DNA from: Escherichia phage vB_EcoM_FB | DNA: 64,000 nt | Reading direction: 5' to 3' (one strand) | Sequence record: MT682711.1 | Part shown: piece after piece, positions 9,610 to 18,681 of the stretch | Layout of the letters: each line of letters opens with the position of its first letter | How positions within the stretch are numbered: the stretch's first letter is position 1 | Position numbers and translations under genes: made by a program | Notes under the pieces: model-generated | What the model was told of the DNA's origin: nothing | Databases searched by the model: none | Seen by the model: the letters and a program-made list of their open reading frames with translations, nothing else

Positions 9610-9927
9610 CTAATCTTCAATTAAATCTTGGTCATAACCAAGTTCAATCAAAAGCGATTTGAAGGCAGGAATATTTTCTATTTTCTTATTATCGACAAAT
9701 ATGACAGGATAGCGTATCGCTAAGCTCTTGAAGCCTGCACGTTTGGCCAATGATACTATAAGAGGCTTGTCGTATACTGCGCCTGACGGCGTCTGGTTAA
9801 TCACAGGATAGAAAGTATGTAGGATAGAAAGGGAATTTAGGAGCGATAGAACAGCAATGCACCCTGGACAGCGCATGACTGTCTCAGGGATACCGTAAAT
9901 CTCAATTTTAGTTAACTTTTGGTCCAC
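9610..9927 (-). CDS. glutaredoxin/thioredoxin-fold protein (CPGC)
   Basis: KIEIYGIPETVMRCPGC redox motif; first codon is GTG with GGAG upstream. Confidence 0.5.
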   Translation of the reverse strand: MDQKLTKIEIYGIPETVMRCPGCIAVLSLLNSLSILHTFYPVINQTPSGAVYDKPLIVSLAKRAGFKSLAIRYPVIFVDNKKIENIPAFKSLLIELGYDQDLIED

Positions 9928-10204
9928 AGGAAATAACTCCTTGGTAGTCCCAAGTTTTTAGAACTTCGTCTTCATTAGTTCCGTATGGGACGTAAATCTG
10001 GATAAGGAACCCGGTATCATCAAAAGAGAAATAGACAGTAGGTTTAATACCATGAATCTCTGACAGAGCATAGATGTCCTTGAGGTCGTCTTCCTTACCT
10101 TTAAAGAATTCAGGGTTCAGGTCACAGTCATGGAAGTACCAATCATCACCAAACTTGTCCCAAGCGGTCCAATTCAAAGCTACATATTCTTCAAAACGTT
10201 TCAT
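9908..10204 (-). CDS. hypothetical protein
   Basis: 98-codon ATG ORF. Confidence 0.4.
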   Translation of the reverse strand: MKRFEEYVALNWTAWDKFGDDWYFHDCDLNPEFFKGKEDDLKDIYALSEIHGIKPTVYFSFDDTGFLIQIYVPYGTNEDEVLKTWDYQGVISCGPKVN

Positions 10205-10416
10205 TCTTTCACCTTCATCATTTTTGCAATAACACTATGAACAGCCTGGATTCGTTTGTCGAACTCGGACCCTTCAAGACCTTTTTCAGTACTCAGAGCA
10301 CCAATAATCATGAACAGCAATCCAAACGGAATAGCCAGGATTAAAAGGCATACGATAAACAGAACTAATGTAATATTGGCCAAGATATCAGAAACAGCAT
10401 TACGAAATTTGTTCAT
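10201..10416 (-). CDS. small membrane protein
   Basis: Hydrophobic core LVLFIVCLLILAIPFGLLFMIIGAL; track start is GTG, ATG at 10416. Confidence 0.4.
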   Translation of the reverse strand: MNKFRNAVSDILANITLVLFIVCLLILAIPFGLLFMIIGALSTEKGLEGSEFDKRIQAVHSVIAKMMKVKE

Positions 10417-10541
10417 TAAAGAACCCACATGTTAGTTACAACAAATAACCATTGAGCAGGATACTCAACACCCATACGGCGGATAATATCATTCATAGAT
10501 TCAGCTAGAGCATAGAATGTATAGCCATAAAAATTAATCAT
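10416..10541 (-). CDS. hypothetical small protein (41 aa)
   Basis: Not in track; GAGGAA upstream; stop overlaps next ATG. Confidence 0.3.
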   Translation of the reverse strand: MINFYGYTFYALAESMNDIIRRMGVEYPAQWLFVVTNMWVL

Positions 10542-10557
10542 TTAAGCGATTTCCTCA

Positions 10558-11631
10558 TTAAGATTTCAAATAAGTTATATAACTTTCCAACCATTCAATC
10601 ATTTCTGATTTTTCGGTGGCAGTCATAGGATTAACTATATCCTTAAAACTGTTAAGCATTACTTGGGACGTAACTTTTGTTTTTTCGGATTTTACCAATT
10701 CAATAGAGCTAAGTTTTTTAATATGCTCTTCTTTGCTTTCGACTACTAATTTAATAGCTCTTCCGTCTTTAATAGCTTTATTAGCCTGTCCACGGGTCAT
10801 ACCATAAAACTCTTCTAACTCAGAATTGGATAAAAATTTTGTGCCTGAAGAAACATCTTGGAATTTATAACGTTGACGAGAAATATCAGGCGGAAGGCCC
10901 CAGCGGCCTTTAATAAGGTCGAGGGTTCCTTGAAGAAGCCTGGTTAGATGGTTGCTACTTAAATCATTATTACGAGCAAACTCGTTTTGATTTAGAACTT
11001 CCACTGCTTTATTTTCTTCATAGTCCCATATAGTAAATTTAGAGCAATTATAGGTAACAGAATGTTTTTCTGTTCTAGAACGGCCTAATTGCCACCCAGA
11101 TTTAATATACTCAGCAACTTCATCGGGTTTAACATACTTAGTTTTCTGGCCGATTTTGTACATCATGGGCCAGGAAACGTGTTCGTTTCCTTTATCAAAT
11201 TCCATCCATCTTGCAATATCATCTTCGGATAAATCGTCAAAGCAGTTAGGGTTGAAATGACCGCCAATTTGTTTGTTGAGCCACATAGGGTCTCGTAAAA
11301 CATCATTGGCTAATTGCATTTCCATTTCGGCCATAAGGGTTTTACCCCAAGTAGGATACCACCCTACAATAAGGTACTCTTTAGGGCTTATACCCTTTTC
11401 TATCATTGCGTTTACTTCATTAGATGATGATGTATAGGTTTTCCAATCAGATTCCTCAAATCCTTTTTTAGGACCACGCTTAAATGTGCATGGCGCGGCT
11501 TTGATTCGTTTCCAAATCTTTTTAGCGCCAACATATTTTTTACCGTCTTCAAAAGTGATTACGTAGACAAACCCGATATGGTTTTTAATATCGGTTTCTT
11601 CAAATACCGCCCAATGACCAAAATCTTGCAT
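10558..11631 (-). CDS. GIY-YIG homing endonuclease (I-TevI-like N-terminus)
   Basis: GFVYVITFEDGKKYVGAKK GIY-x10-YVG motif near N-terminus; 357 aa. Confidence 0.6.
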   Translation of the reverse strand: MQDFGHWAVFEETDIKNHIGFVYVITFEDGKKYVGAKKIWKRIKAAPCTFKRGPKKGFEESDWKTYTSSSNEVNAMIEKGISPKEYLIVGWYPTWGKTLMAEMEMQLANDVLRDPMWLNKQIGGHFNPNCFDDLSEDDIARWMEFDKGNEHVSWPMMYKIGQKTKYVKPDEVAEYIKSGWQLGRSRTEKHSVTYNCSKFTIWDYEENKAVEVLNQNEFARNNDLSSNHLTRLLQGTLDLIKGRWGLPPDISRQRYKFQDVSSGTKFLSNSELEEFYGMTRGQANKAIKDGRAIKLVVESKEEHIKKLSSIELVKSEKTKVTSQVMLNSFKDIVNPMTATEKSEMIEWLESYITYLKS

Positions 11632-11669
11632 GACCTATACCTTTAATAATAATTAGATATAGGTATTTA

Positions 11670-11855
11670 TTATTTTTCAAATGTGCTATAGAACGAGCGA
11701 TGCAACCGTTTAAATTGGCGAATCATCTTTTTGGTAGGACGAGTATACAATCCTACGCAGGTGGCCATAAACTGGTCAGTAGGACTTCCTTTGATAAGAA
11801 GTTTCCAGACCTTACCACCATTTAACTTTTCGGTATAGACTAATTTAGTTTTCAT
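11670..11855 (-). CDS. hypothetical protein
   Basis: 61-codon ATG ORF. Confidence 0.35.
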   Translation of the reverse strand: MKTKLVYTEKLNGGKVWKLLIKGSPTDQFMATCVGLYTRPTKKMIRQFKRLHRSFYSTFEK

Positions 11856-12028
11856 CAGAACGCCCTATCAGAAAAGCGAAGTTGAGCTTCAAGCCAATGG
11901 ATATAATCTGCCGCGGCAAAAATTAAATCAGATTCTTCATCAGATAACTTACGAGAATCTGAAAGCTCGTAAAGCGAATGTTCAATTAGACGGCCTTTAT
12001 GCCGACCTACTTCAATTTTTGTACTCAT
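11855..12028 (-). CDS. hypothetical small protein (57 aa)
   Basis: Not in track; stop overlaps next ATG by 1 nt. Confidence 0.3.
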   Translation of the reverse strand: MSTKIEVGRHKGRLIEHSLYELSDSRKLSDEESDLIFAAADYIHWLEAQLRFSDRAF

Positions 12029-12153
12029 ACCCAAACTCTATATCGATTAATTCATTGTTTGAAGGTTCATTATACTCTATTTCGGAATCGTTGTAAACGG
12101 GTTCCTCTGGCTCGGTAGGTTCTATCGTATCCCACCGAGCGACATACCATGGC

Positions 12154-12525
12154 TTAACGGTCACACCACCAACTACTTACTTCAAAATCAGGTTCACCGT
12201 GTTCCCAGTACCAAGGACCGACTGGATGCCAATCACCGTGTTCATCTTCTTCAAATTCTTCAGATTCAAGGCCAACGTATTGCCATTGGACTTCATAAGC
12301 AGTGCCACCGATTACAACGGTGTTCTCGCCATATGGATGAGCTACAGCAAAGTCTACACCTTCTGCTTTAGCCAGCCAAACCATATATTCGTATAGTTTA
12401 TATTCTAGGTCATCTTCGGTACCATCACCTAGAAAAATGGTTTGTTCGTTTAATTCAATCATTTGAAGTTCCAGAATGAAGCACCAACCAGAAATAAAGG
12501 CCAACAAATCATAGACGTCAGCCAT
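12154..12525 (-). CDS. hypothetical acidic protein
   Basis: Track start is TTG; ATG at 12525 with AGGTGA upstream. Confidence 0.4.
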   Translation of the reverse strand: MADVYDLLAFISGWCFILELQMIELNEQTIFLGDGTEDDLEYKLYEYMVWLAKAEGVDFAVAHPYGENTVVIGGTAYEVQWQYVGLESEEFEEDEHGDWHPVGPWYWEHGEPDFEVSSWWCDR

Positions 12526-12616
12526 GAACAAAAGTCACCTGAATCATCTAATTTAGCTAGGGTCTTAGCATAACCAATACCGATGATAAGATACAAAACA
12601 ACCAACATTAATTCAA

Positions 12617-12880
12617 TCATTTGAAATACGCTCGCAGTTGGTCAAAGCCACCAATATGACTTCCATCAGGGGCAAATACTTGCGGCATGGTCAAACCGAT
12701 TTGAGATTCGTGACCAAGCGCAGCCAGGAGTTGAGCAATCTTCTCATCATCAAATACGCCTTTTTCCGGCATCACGTTAATGAATTCGTAAGGTTGTTTC
12801 TTAACATCAAGCAGACGTTTGGCATTATCGCAGAAAACACAACGGTGAATATTTGAATCATAACCATAAACTTTAAACAT
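12617..12880 (-). CDS. nrdC: thioredoxin NrdC
   Basis: MFKVYGYDSNIHRCVFCDNAKRLL..GLTMPQVFAPDGSHIGGFDQL matches T4 NrdC as recalled. Confidence 0.85.
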   Translation of the reverse strand: MFKVYGYDSNIHRCVFCDNAKRLLDVKKQPYEFINVMPEKGVFDDEKIAQLLAALGHESQIGLTMPQVFAPDGSHIGGFDQLRAYFK

Positions 12881-12881
12881 T

Positions 12882-13118
12882 TTAAATTCCTAATATTTGT
12901 TTGAATGCTTCAGAACGGTCAAGTTCTGTTCCATATTTTTCCATGTGCTCATATTTTAAATTATACACATCAGATAGTATATTATTATACGAGCGAGTTA
13001 AAGCAGATTTCAATACTGAATAACTGTCCGGAAATTTACCATGCTCTTTATAATAAGCTAGAGTAAGTTCTCGGACTGCCTTATCGGCAGCCTCTACATA
13101 TTCTTTACGCTTTGCCAT
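12882..13118 (-). CDS. hypothetical protein
   Basis: Start chosen at ATG 13118 to limit overlap with 13105..13416. Confidence 0.35.
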   Translation of the reverse strand: MAKRKEYVEAADKAVRELTLAYYKEHGKFPDSYSVLKSALTRSYNNILSDVYNLKYEHMEKYGTELDRSEAFKQILGI

Positions 13119-13416
13119 TTTCGTCTCGCTCAAATCGGTGTTTACAATGGCGGCATTTGTAACGAAGATTACTAGTCCGCCAATGGACCAATTGAACCTG
13201 TTCTGTGCCGCACTTAAGACAGTTAGGAACATTCTTAGAAGCTTGTTCTCGTCGTGCGACCATAGCCATTACAGCATCCCAATTAACGGCATCACCATAA
13301 TCATCACAACCATGAATTTTACCAACCAATTCAACTTCAACATCCTCGGCTTTAATAAATTTCAATAAACCAGTATTAGATGCTGAAGCAATATCTTCAG
13401 CTAAACGTTGTTTCAT
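13105..13416 (-). CDS. zinc-ribbon protein
   Basis: C-terminal CLKCGTEQ..(n)..CRHCKHRF four-Cys pattern. Confidence 0.45.
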   Translation of the reverse strand: MKQRLAEDIASASNTGLLKFIKAEDVEVELVGKIHGCDDYGDAVNWDAVMAMVARREQASKNVPNCLKCGTEQVQLVHWRTSNLRYKCRHCKHRFERDENGKA

Positions 13417-14423
13417 TTCAGCAGCTCCAGAGCCTGTTCAAGACGGTCTAAACGATTGGTAGACTCTTCCAAAAGTTTTTTGGCAGCAGTATATTGTCCG
13501 GCCAGTTTTTTGTTGATAGCAAGGGCATCTTTATACGCTTTTTCTAAGGCAACGACTTCTGGTAACTTGGATTTAGTAATTGGTGTAGGGGCCATGATAG
13601 GGCCGTTCAAGTCGTTAATCAAATCTTCTAATGTAGCAGGCTCTTTATCAGTGTTCACAATTTCCTCACATTTTTCTTGGTAAATTTCAGCGTCAGTTTT
13701 TGGAACGGTACATTTGATTTCACGGACTGTTACTAAGACTTCATATCCTTTCCAGCCTAAGTGGTGTTTAACTTCTTGGGTCTCATATTTCTCTACGGTA
13801 TCCATCAGAGCTAAAGCCTGTTCGATAGTATTCAAGGTATCGTAAGCAATATCTTGATACTTTACAACTTCCACATCATCTTTAGGTTTCCTATTAGGTG
13901 ACCAAATAACAGAAATAATAGCTTTTCCTTTATAACTATTTGTTTTAATCATGCAATTAGCCATCGGGTGAATAGTACGACAATCACCGGAAACTATAGT
14001 TTTAGAGGCCGCTTTGAGAATTAATGCAGAGTTAGCCTTGAATTCGCTAACCCAACGTTGCGGAAATAAACTATTAGGGTCCATACCTTTAATTTTGATA
14101 TAACCTTTTATGGTATCACCAAACCATTTGTAGCTAACAACACGGTTGGAACCTGGATATTTCTCTTTGCCAAACTCTGAAAGGATGTCCTTATTGACCA
14201 GTCGCGAAAGCAGTCGAGAACCTTTAAATGTTTTAATGATATCATGAACGCACAAACGGCCTGCAATCTTTTCGATTTCGGCTTTGAAACAGCGCGATAA
14301 TGCATCATCAATTTGGTCGACCCATTTATTGATATTAGAAACTATTACCACATATGGGGTTAATGGAGGGGTATTGGCAGTGATATACGTAGTAAAGGCA
14401 TTAATGTATTCAGTACGAGTCAT
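13413..14423 (-). CDS. hypothetical protein (336 aa)
   Basis: Long ORF; start at ATG 14423 with GAGGAG upstream; C-terminal coiled-coil-like tail. Confidence 0.55.
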   Translation of the reverse strand: MTRTEYINAFTTYITANTPPLTPYVVIVSNINKWVDQIDDALSRCFKAEIEKIAGRLCVHDIIKTFKGSRLLSRLVNKDILSEFGKEKYPGSNRVVSYKWFGDTIKGYIKIKGMDPNSLFPQRWVSEFKANSALILKAASKTIVSGDCRTIHPMANCMIKTNSYKGKAIISVIWSPNRKPKDDVEVVKYQDIAYDTLNTIEQALALMDTVEKYETQEVKHHLGWKGYEVLVTVREIKCTVPKTDAEIYQEKCEEIVNTDKEPATLEDLINDLNGPIMAPTPITKSKLPEVVALEKAYKDALAINKKLAGQYTAAKKLLEESTNRLDRLEQALELLK

Positions 14424-14450
14424 GATATTCTCCTCAGTAGATTTAAAAAG

Positions 14451-14480
14451 ATTATACTCCATCCATCCTTGGATGTAAAC
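14451..14480 (-). promoter_or_regulatory. sigma70-type early promoter candidate
   Basis: Minus strand GTTTACA, 17 nt, TATAAT. Confidence 0.55.
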
Positions 14481-14481
14481 A

Positions 14482-15384
14482 TTATTTTAGAGCTAATACT
14501 GCCGCGCGGAGCTTGTCACGCTGGAGTTCCATGTTCTTGATGCGAATCAATACGTCTTGGATACTCTTTTTCTCATCTTCGATCTGGCCGTTTAAACGGT
14601 GGATTGATTCCTGGAGGTGGTCCTCATGATACTTCTCGATAGGTTTCATCGTAGGGTTAGTAACAACCAAAGAATTATCAGGTTTAATTTTCCAATGATA
14701 CGGTTCAGAATTGAATGGACTCGGTACAGCCGTGGTTTTGAATCTGTCATAGGCTGCATACTGGCCTACGCTGTCACATGATACTGCAGAGATACGACGT
14801 TCCATTTGTGGTTCCTTTTGTTGGGATTGATAAGGGGCATAAGACAAAAGATATTCACGAGTTAGTTTAATATTAAAATAAACTGCATCAGCCCGCTCAA
14901 AACAATCAGCATATTCATCGGTTGTAACTTTATATGATTCTACTGCCTTAATACGGGTCATTGCCTCTCTGAATAAGGTTTCGAATGCTTCACGAAGGGC
15001 CTTATTACCTTTTGAGGTAGGACGGAAACGAACTTGAATACCGTCAGGCAGAATATTAATGACTAGGTTACGAGCCGTAAAATTAATATTCTTGATATTG
15101 ACAGGAACCGTAGAAATACGTCCTGCAGTAGCCAAGAGGTCTTTGATATTAGCTCGTAGTGTTGCACCAAACAGGTGGGCTGGGCTTCGGCAATAATCAT
15201 TTAAAGAACTAATATAAGTCCCTTTACGACCTACACCATAAGTATAATTACCATTACAAATATGGCCAAAGTCTGCCAGCCGATCGATAGCGATGCATTT
15301 AGTTATCTTAGAGTAAAGGAACGGCGAGCAAGAATATTCTTTACGTGTTTTAATGTTCATATCAAAGTCCAAATAATTTTTCAT
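14482..15384 (-). CDS. hypothetical protein (300 aa)
   Basis: Long ATG ORF, no motif recognised. Confidence 0.55.
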   Translation of the reverse strand: MKNYLDFDMNIKTRKEYSCSPFLYSKITKCIAIDRLADFGHICNGNYTYGVGRKGTYISSLNDYCRSPAHLFGATLRANIKDLLATAGRISTVPVNIKNINFTARNLVINILPDGIQVRFRPTSKGNKALREAFETLFREAMTRIKAVESYKVTTDEYADCFERADAVYFNIKLTREYLLSYAPYQSQQKEPQMERRISAVSCDSVGQYAAYDRFKTTAVPSPFNSEPYHWKIKPDNSLVVTNPTMKPIEKYHEDHLQESIHRLNGQIEDEKKSIQDVLIRIKNMELQRDKLRAAVLALK

Positions 15385-15562
15385 AGAGTTTAGCTAAAGG
15401 CCAAGTCACAATAGAAACTATTCCAAATAAAGCAAGCACCGGCCAAATAAAGGTAGCGAATACTGCTTCGCCACCTGAGCTAATTTCCATATGTTTGCGG
15501 CCAATCAGAACAGTAATGAATCCTAATGCAAGGTACAGAAGAATAAAACCTGCGATTTCCAT
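15362..15562 (-). CDS. small membrane protein
   Basis: Two hydrophobic segments. Confidence 0.4.
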   Translation of the reverse strand: MEIAGFILLYLALGFITVLIGRKHMEISSGGEAVFATFIWPVLALFGIVSIVTWPLAKLYEKLFGL

Positions 15563-15564
15563 AA

Positions 15565-16404
15565 TTAATCCTTAAGAAGATTTAGGATATCGATATATTT
15601 CTGGCGTTCAGCCTTGGCTTTAGCATTCAGACCAGAGAGTCGGAAAATCTCATCATCTTGTTGCTGAATTGTAACATTCAAGCAAGTAAGCAAATTGCTA
15701 AAATACTCGATTTGAGCTTGATGCTTCTCATTGCTGCGCACTGGTACAGGTTCCGGTTTAGGAGCTTCTGAATGACTCTTAACTTCATTACCTGGCTTAA
15801 CAAGTTTAATACGCCAGCCTGTACTGGTATTAACATTATCGAAGGTAAGAATACCGCTACGTTCGAGTTCAGACAAAGCCAATCGAAGATGGAATTTCCA
15901 GTTGTCGTATTGACAACCACTAAAAGTTGAAGTAAGATACTCGTTTTCGTTACCTGGTTGGTTGACAATATTAAAGATAATCCAATCACCTGAGCCATTA
16001 GTCTTAAATGGCATTTGCTTATCTTTACCTAAAGCTAGACGAGCACCTAGTGCTAGTAGACGTCGTTGGTTGGCATGAAGGTCTTGAACCACTTCGTCAA
16101 ATGACATCGCCGGGATTAAACGACCATAGAGGTCGTAGCCTTTGTTATAATTTTTAAGAATAATTTTGGCATTAGCACGAGACAACATACCTGTTTTACG
16201 AAGAGTTTTCATGACCCGGTCTTCTAAGGTAAACGACCTGGTCTTGTCAAAGATTTTAGTGAAGTCATCTTTAACAGTACAAACGTTGAACTTGTCCCAC
16301 ATCATATATAGAACCTTTTCAACCACTTCTTTAGAACTCGGAATACGACCAAATTTAATAACTTTTTTAACTTCAGAACGAATTTGATTAATTGCCTGTG
16401 ACAT
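15565..16404 (-). CDS. hypothetical protein (279 aa)
   Basis: Long ATG ORF with GAGGAA upstream. Confidence 0.55.
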   Translation of the reverse strand: MSQAINQIRSEVKKVIKFGRIPSSKEVVEKVLYMMWDKFNVCTVKDDFTKIFDKTRSFTLEDRVMKTLRKTGMLSRANAKIILKNYNKGYDLYGRLIPAMSFDEVVQDLHANQRRLLALGARLALGKDKQMPFKTNGSGDWIIFNIVNQPGNENEYLTSTFSGCQYDNWKFHLRLALSELERSGILTFDNVNTSTGWRIKLVKPGNEVKSHSEAPKPEPVPVRSNEKHQAQIEYFSNLLTCLNVTIQQQDDEIFRLSGLNAKAKAERQKYIDILNLLKD

Positions 16405-16441
16405 AATAATTTCCTCAGTAAGTAATTAAGAACCTAGAACC

Positions 16442-16466
16442 ATTATACCATCCTTGGTATAAAGCG
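16442..16466 (-). promoter_or_regulatory. MotA-box-like middle promoter candidate
   Basis: Minus strand CGCTTTA, 12 nt, TATAAT; box deviates from TGCTT at first position. Confidence 0.4.
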
Positions 16467-16467
16467 T

Positions 16468-16992
16468 TTATGCGAGAACCGTCTTTAAACGCTCTTCAAA
16501 TTTCTGAAGCAGAGCTTGGCGTTCAGCTCGTTGTGATTTGTACTGCTCGATACGACCTGAAGTGAGGGCGTACTGTTCGTTTACTGATTCCCGCATAAAT
16601 TCAGGAATTTCTTTACAAGCTTTGATTTCGACAAACTTGTCAATAACAGCTTGTTGTTCAGCAATCAGATTATCGAAATAAGAGATATCTGATTTAACGT
16701 TTGCCAGGTCAGATTCGGTAGGCATTAAACGTTTGTTACGTTCAGCTTGATAAGCTTGGTTGGTTTCACGACTCCAGTGAAGAGTACGTTTTTTGTTAGT
16801 ATTTTTATAGAGCTCTACAATACCTACTGAATCGATGATAACAATCCAGTTCCAACGGCTTTTGTAAATCTCTCCTCCAGATATGGTAATCTCATTTCCA
16901 CAAGCAGCATCGTTAAAGAACTTGCTTTGTTTTTCAGATTTGAAATTACCGTTATTAAAATTAATCAGTGAAAAAATATCTTTAGCGTTCAT
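16468..16992 (-). CDS. hypothetical protein
   Basis: 174-codon ATG ORF with GGAGG upstream. Confidence 0.55.
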   Translation of the reverse strand: MNAKDIFSLINFNNGNFKSEKQSKFFNDAACGNEITISGGEIYKSRWNWIVIIDSVGIVELYKNTNKKRTLHWSRETNQAYQAERNKRLMPTESDLANVKSDISYFDNLIAEQQAVIDKFVEIKACKEIPEFMRESVNEQYALTSGRIEQYKSQRAERQALLQKFEERLKTVLA

Positions 16993-17007
16993 GTTAACCT
17001 CCAGTAG

Positions 17008-17047
17008 TTGATAGGTCTATAGTATCATTCCTACTGGAGATGTAAAC
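17008..17047 (-). promoter_or_regulatory. early promoter-hairpin cassette (PeSL-like)
   Basis: Plus strand TTGATAGGTCTATAGTATCA..TGTAAAC; flanking inverted repeat CCAGTAG/CTACTGG. Confidence 0.5.
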
Positions 17048-17049
17048 AA

Positions 17050-17391
17050 CTAATAGAAACTTTTTTCGCCGGCTTGTCCGCTAAACCAGGCTGATTGGGT
17101 ATTAGGTTTCCGTTGATGTTCAATACGGGTACGATATTCTTTTCTTATGGCACAGAGGTCATCCTGGAAGTCGCCTGCCAACTTTACCTGCTTACGGTCT
17201 AGATTTATTAAGGCCTGAGTCTTAGCTGCCAAGGCCAGTCTCTTGTAGTCTCCTTCTTCACAATCGGTTTTATAAACTCTATTAGCGTATCCTTCGATAA
17301 ATTCTTTATCATAGTCTTTGATAGACTGTTCCATGGCATTAGAGTACTTCAACTCTGCTTTTATAAGGTCATAACTAAATTGTTCAAACAT
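17050..17391 (-). CDS. hypothetical protein
   Basis: 113-codon ATG ORF. Confidence 0.45.
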   Translation of the reverse strand: MFEQFSYDLIKAELKYSNAMEQSIKDYDKEFIEGYANRVYKTDCEEGDYKRLALAAKTQALINLDRKQVKLAGDFQDDLCAIRKEYRTRIEHQRKPNTQSAWFSGQAGEKSFY

Positions 17392-17400
17392 AATTTACCT

Positions 17401-18381
17401 TTATTTCAGAAGTGTAACTTCGGCAATTTCAGACCAATCATTAGAATCGGTAGCAATGAAATCAGCCAAATAGAGGGCGGTACGCAATGAAACATTACGC
17501 AAACGTGATACATTAGCCTTCATCCATGAGAGTGCCTGGTAAGTCTGAGCGTCAGTCAGACCACGTTTCTGCATCATATCTGTAGACAGAATAACATCTT
17601 CAACACGAACCATAATCTCTTCGTTAGAGTGAACGCCTAAGTCAAGATAAACGGAACGAGATACTAAAGCCTGAAGGTGTGGAGCAAGTTTAGTACCACG
17701 TTCTAATTCACGGTCAATATCAACGTTAGTGATGAATACGATGGTGCCTTCATACTCAAATTCTTTATCGATATTTTTATCATCAAGATAAGAACTTGAA
17801 GTGCTCCAGCATACCTTACGTTTCTCACCGGTGTCCAATGCCGCTTTCAGAAGGTTCAGGATATCCATATCAGAGAATACATCAACATCATCAATAAGAA
17901 GAACACTATTAGGGCCGCGGTTATTCCAAAGCTGCTCGTAAAGACCGATTCCACTAATCTTTCCGTTGATTGATTTATATTCGATAGTTTCATTTTCGTG
18001 GGCATTCTGTAATGCTTTATCCAATGAATATGTTTTACCAATACCTGCTGCACCAGAGATGATAAGGGAACGAATTTTACCATCGATGATTCCATTAGTC
18101 ATCATATTCATTACTTTAAAACGTTTGTTGATGCGGTGTTTCATTTCATCCTGGGATTCGGTTACGACTGCAGGGGTTTCAACACCTTCAGTCTCGATAT
18201 CAGATTTGAACACCCATACACCACGCTCTACGCCATCAATCTGAACAAAGACCTTACCATCGCCGAGGTGGGCTTCTGATTCATGAATTTTATTAGGGAA
18301 CCAGGTTTTACCTGAACTCATGAACGTACCAGAGATTTCATTACCGCGGTAGATGCCTTTGTTGATTTTGATAGTTAACAT
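17401..18381 (-). CDS. P-loop ATPase (AAA-like)
   Basis: Walker A GAAGIGKTY, Walker B VLLIDDVD; track start GTG, ATG at 18381 with GAAGGA upstream. Confidence 0.6.
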   Translation of the reverse strand: MLTIKINKGIYRGNEISGTFMSSGKTWFPNKIHESEAHLGDGKVFVQIDGVERGVWVFKSDIETEGVETPAVVTESQDEMKHRINKRFKVMNMMTNGIIDGKIRSLIISGAAGIGKTYSLDKALQNAHENETIEYKSINGKISGIGLYEQLWNNRGPNSVLLIDDVDVFSDMDILNLLKAALDTGEKRKVCWSTSSSYLDDKNIDKEFEYEGTIVFITNVDIDRELERGTKLAPHLQALVSRSVYLDLGVHSNEEIMVRVEDVILSTDMMQKRGLTDAQTYQALSWMKANVSRLRNVSLRTALYLADFIATDSNDWSEIAEVTLLK

Positions 18382-18405
18382 TTTATTATCCTTCACTCAT
18401 TTGTT

Positions 18406-18445
18406 TTGATAGGTCTATCTTAACACGTTTAATCAGGTTGTAAAC
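18406..18445 (-). promoter_or_regulatory. early promoter-hairpin cassette (PeSL-like), variant spacing
   Basis: TTGATAGGTCTAT core then TGTAAAC about 5 nt further than in other copies. Confidence 0.4.
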
Positions 18446-18464
18446 AATTTTTTGCACTAAACCC

Positions 18465-18486
18465 AAAAAAGGAACCCGAAGGTTCC
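18465..18486 (-). terminator. rho-independent terminator candidate
   Basis: GGAACC-UUCG-GGUUCC hairpin followed on the minus strand by six U. Confidence 0.55.
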
Positions 18487-18681
18487 TAAATTGCACTCCA
18501 AAAATTATGGAATCTGATATAGTTTATAGCCAAGTTAACACAGCGTCTTATCTGCTTAGACGTGGGCTTACACACATACTTAAAATTGATTCGCCTACCG
18601 GTTTCTCTACAAACTACTTCAAGATACCAACGGCAGGTTTTATGAGGTCTTCCGTATGACAAGAAGACGTTGACTTCTTCT

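Noticed and set aside
8409-16420. Identical 22-nt stretch (TGTGACATAATAATTTCCTCAG) at 8409..8430 and 16399..16420
   Set aside because: It covers only the SD, spacer and first two codons (MSQ) of two otherwise dissimilar genes; most simply a shared strong ribosome-binding region.
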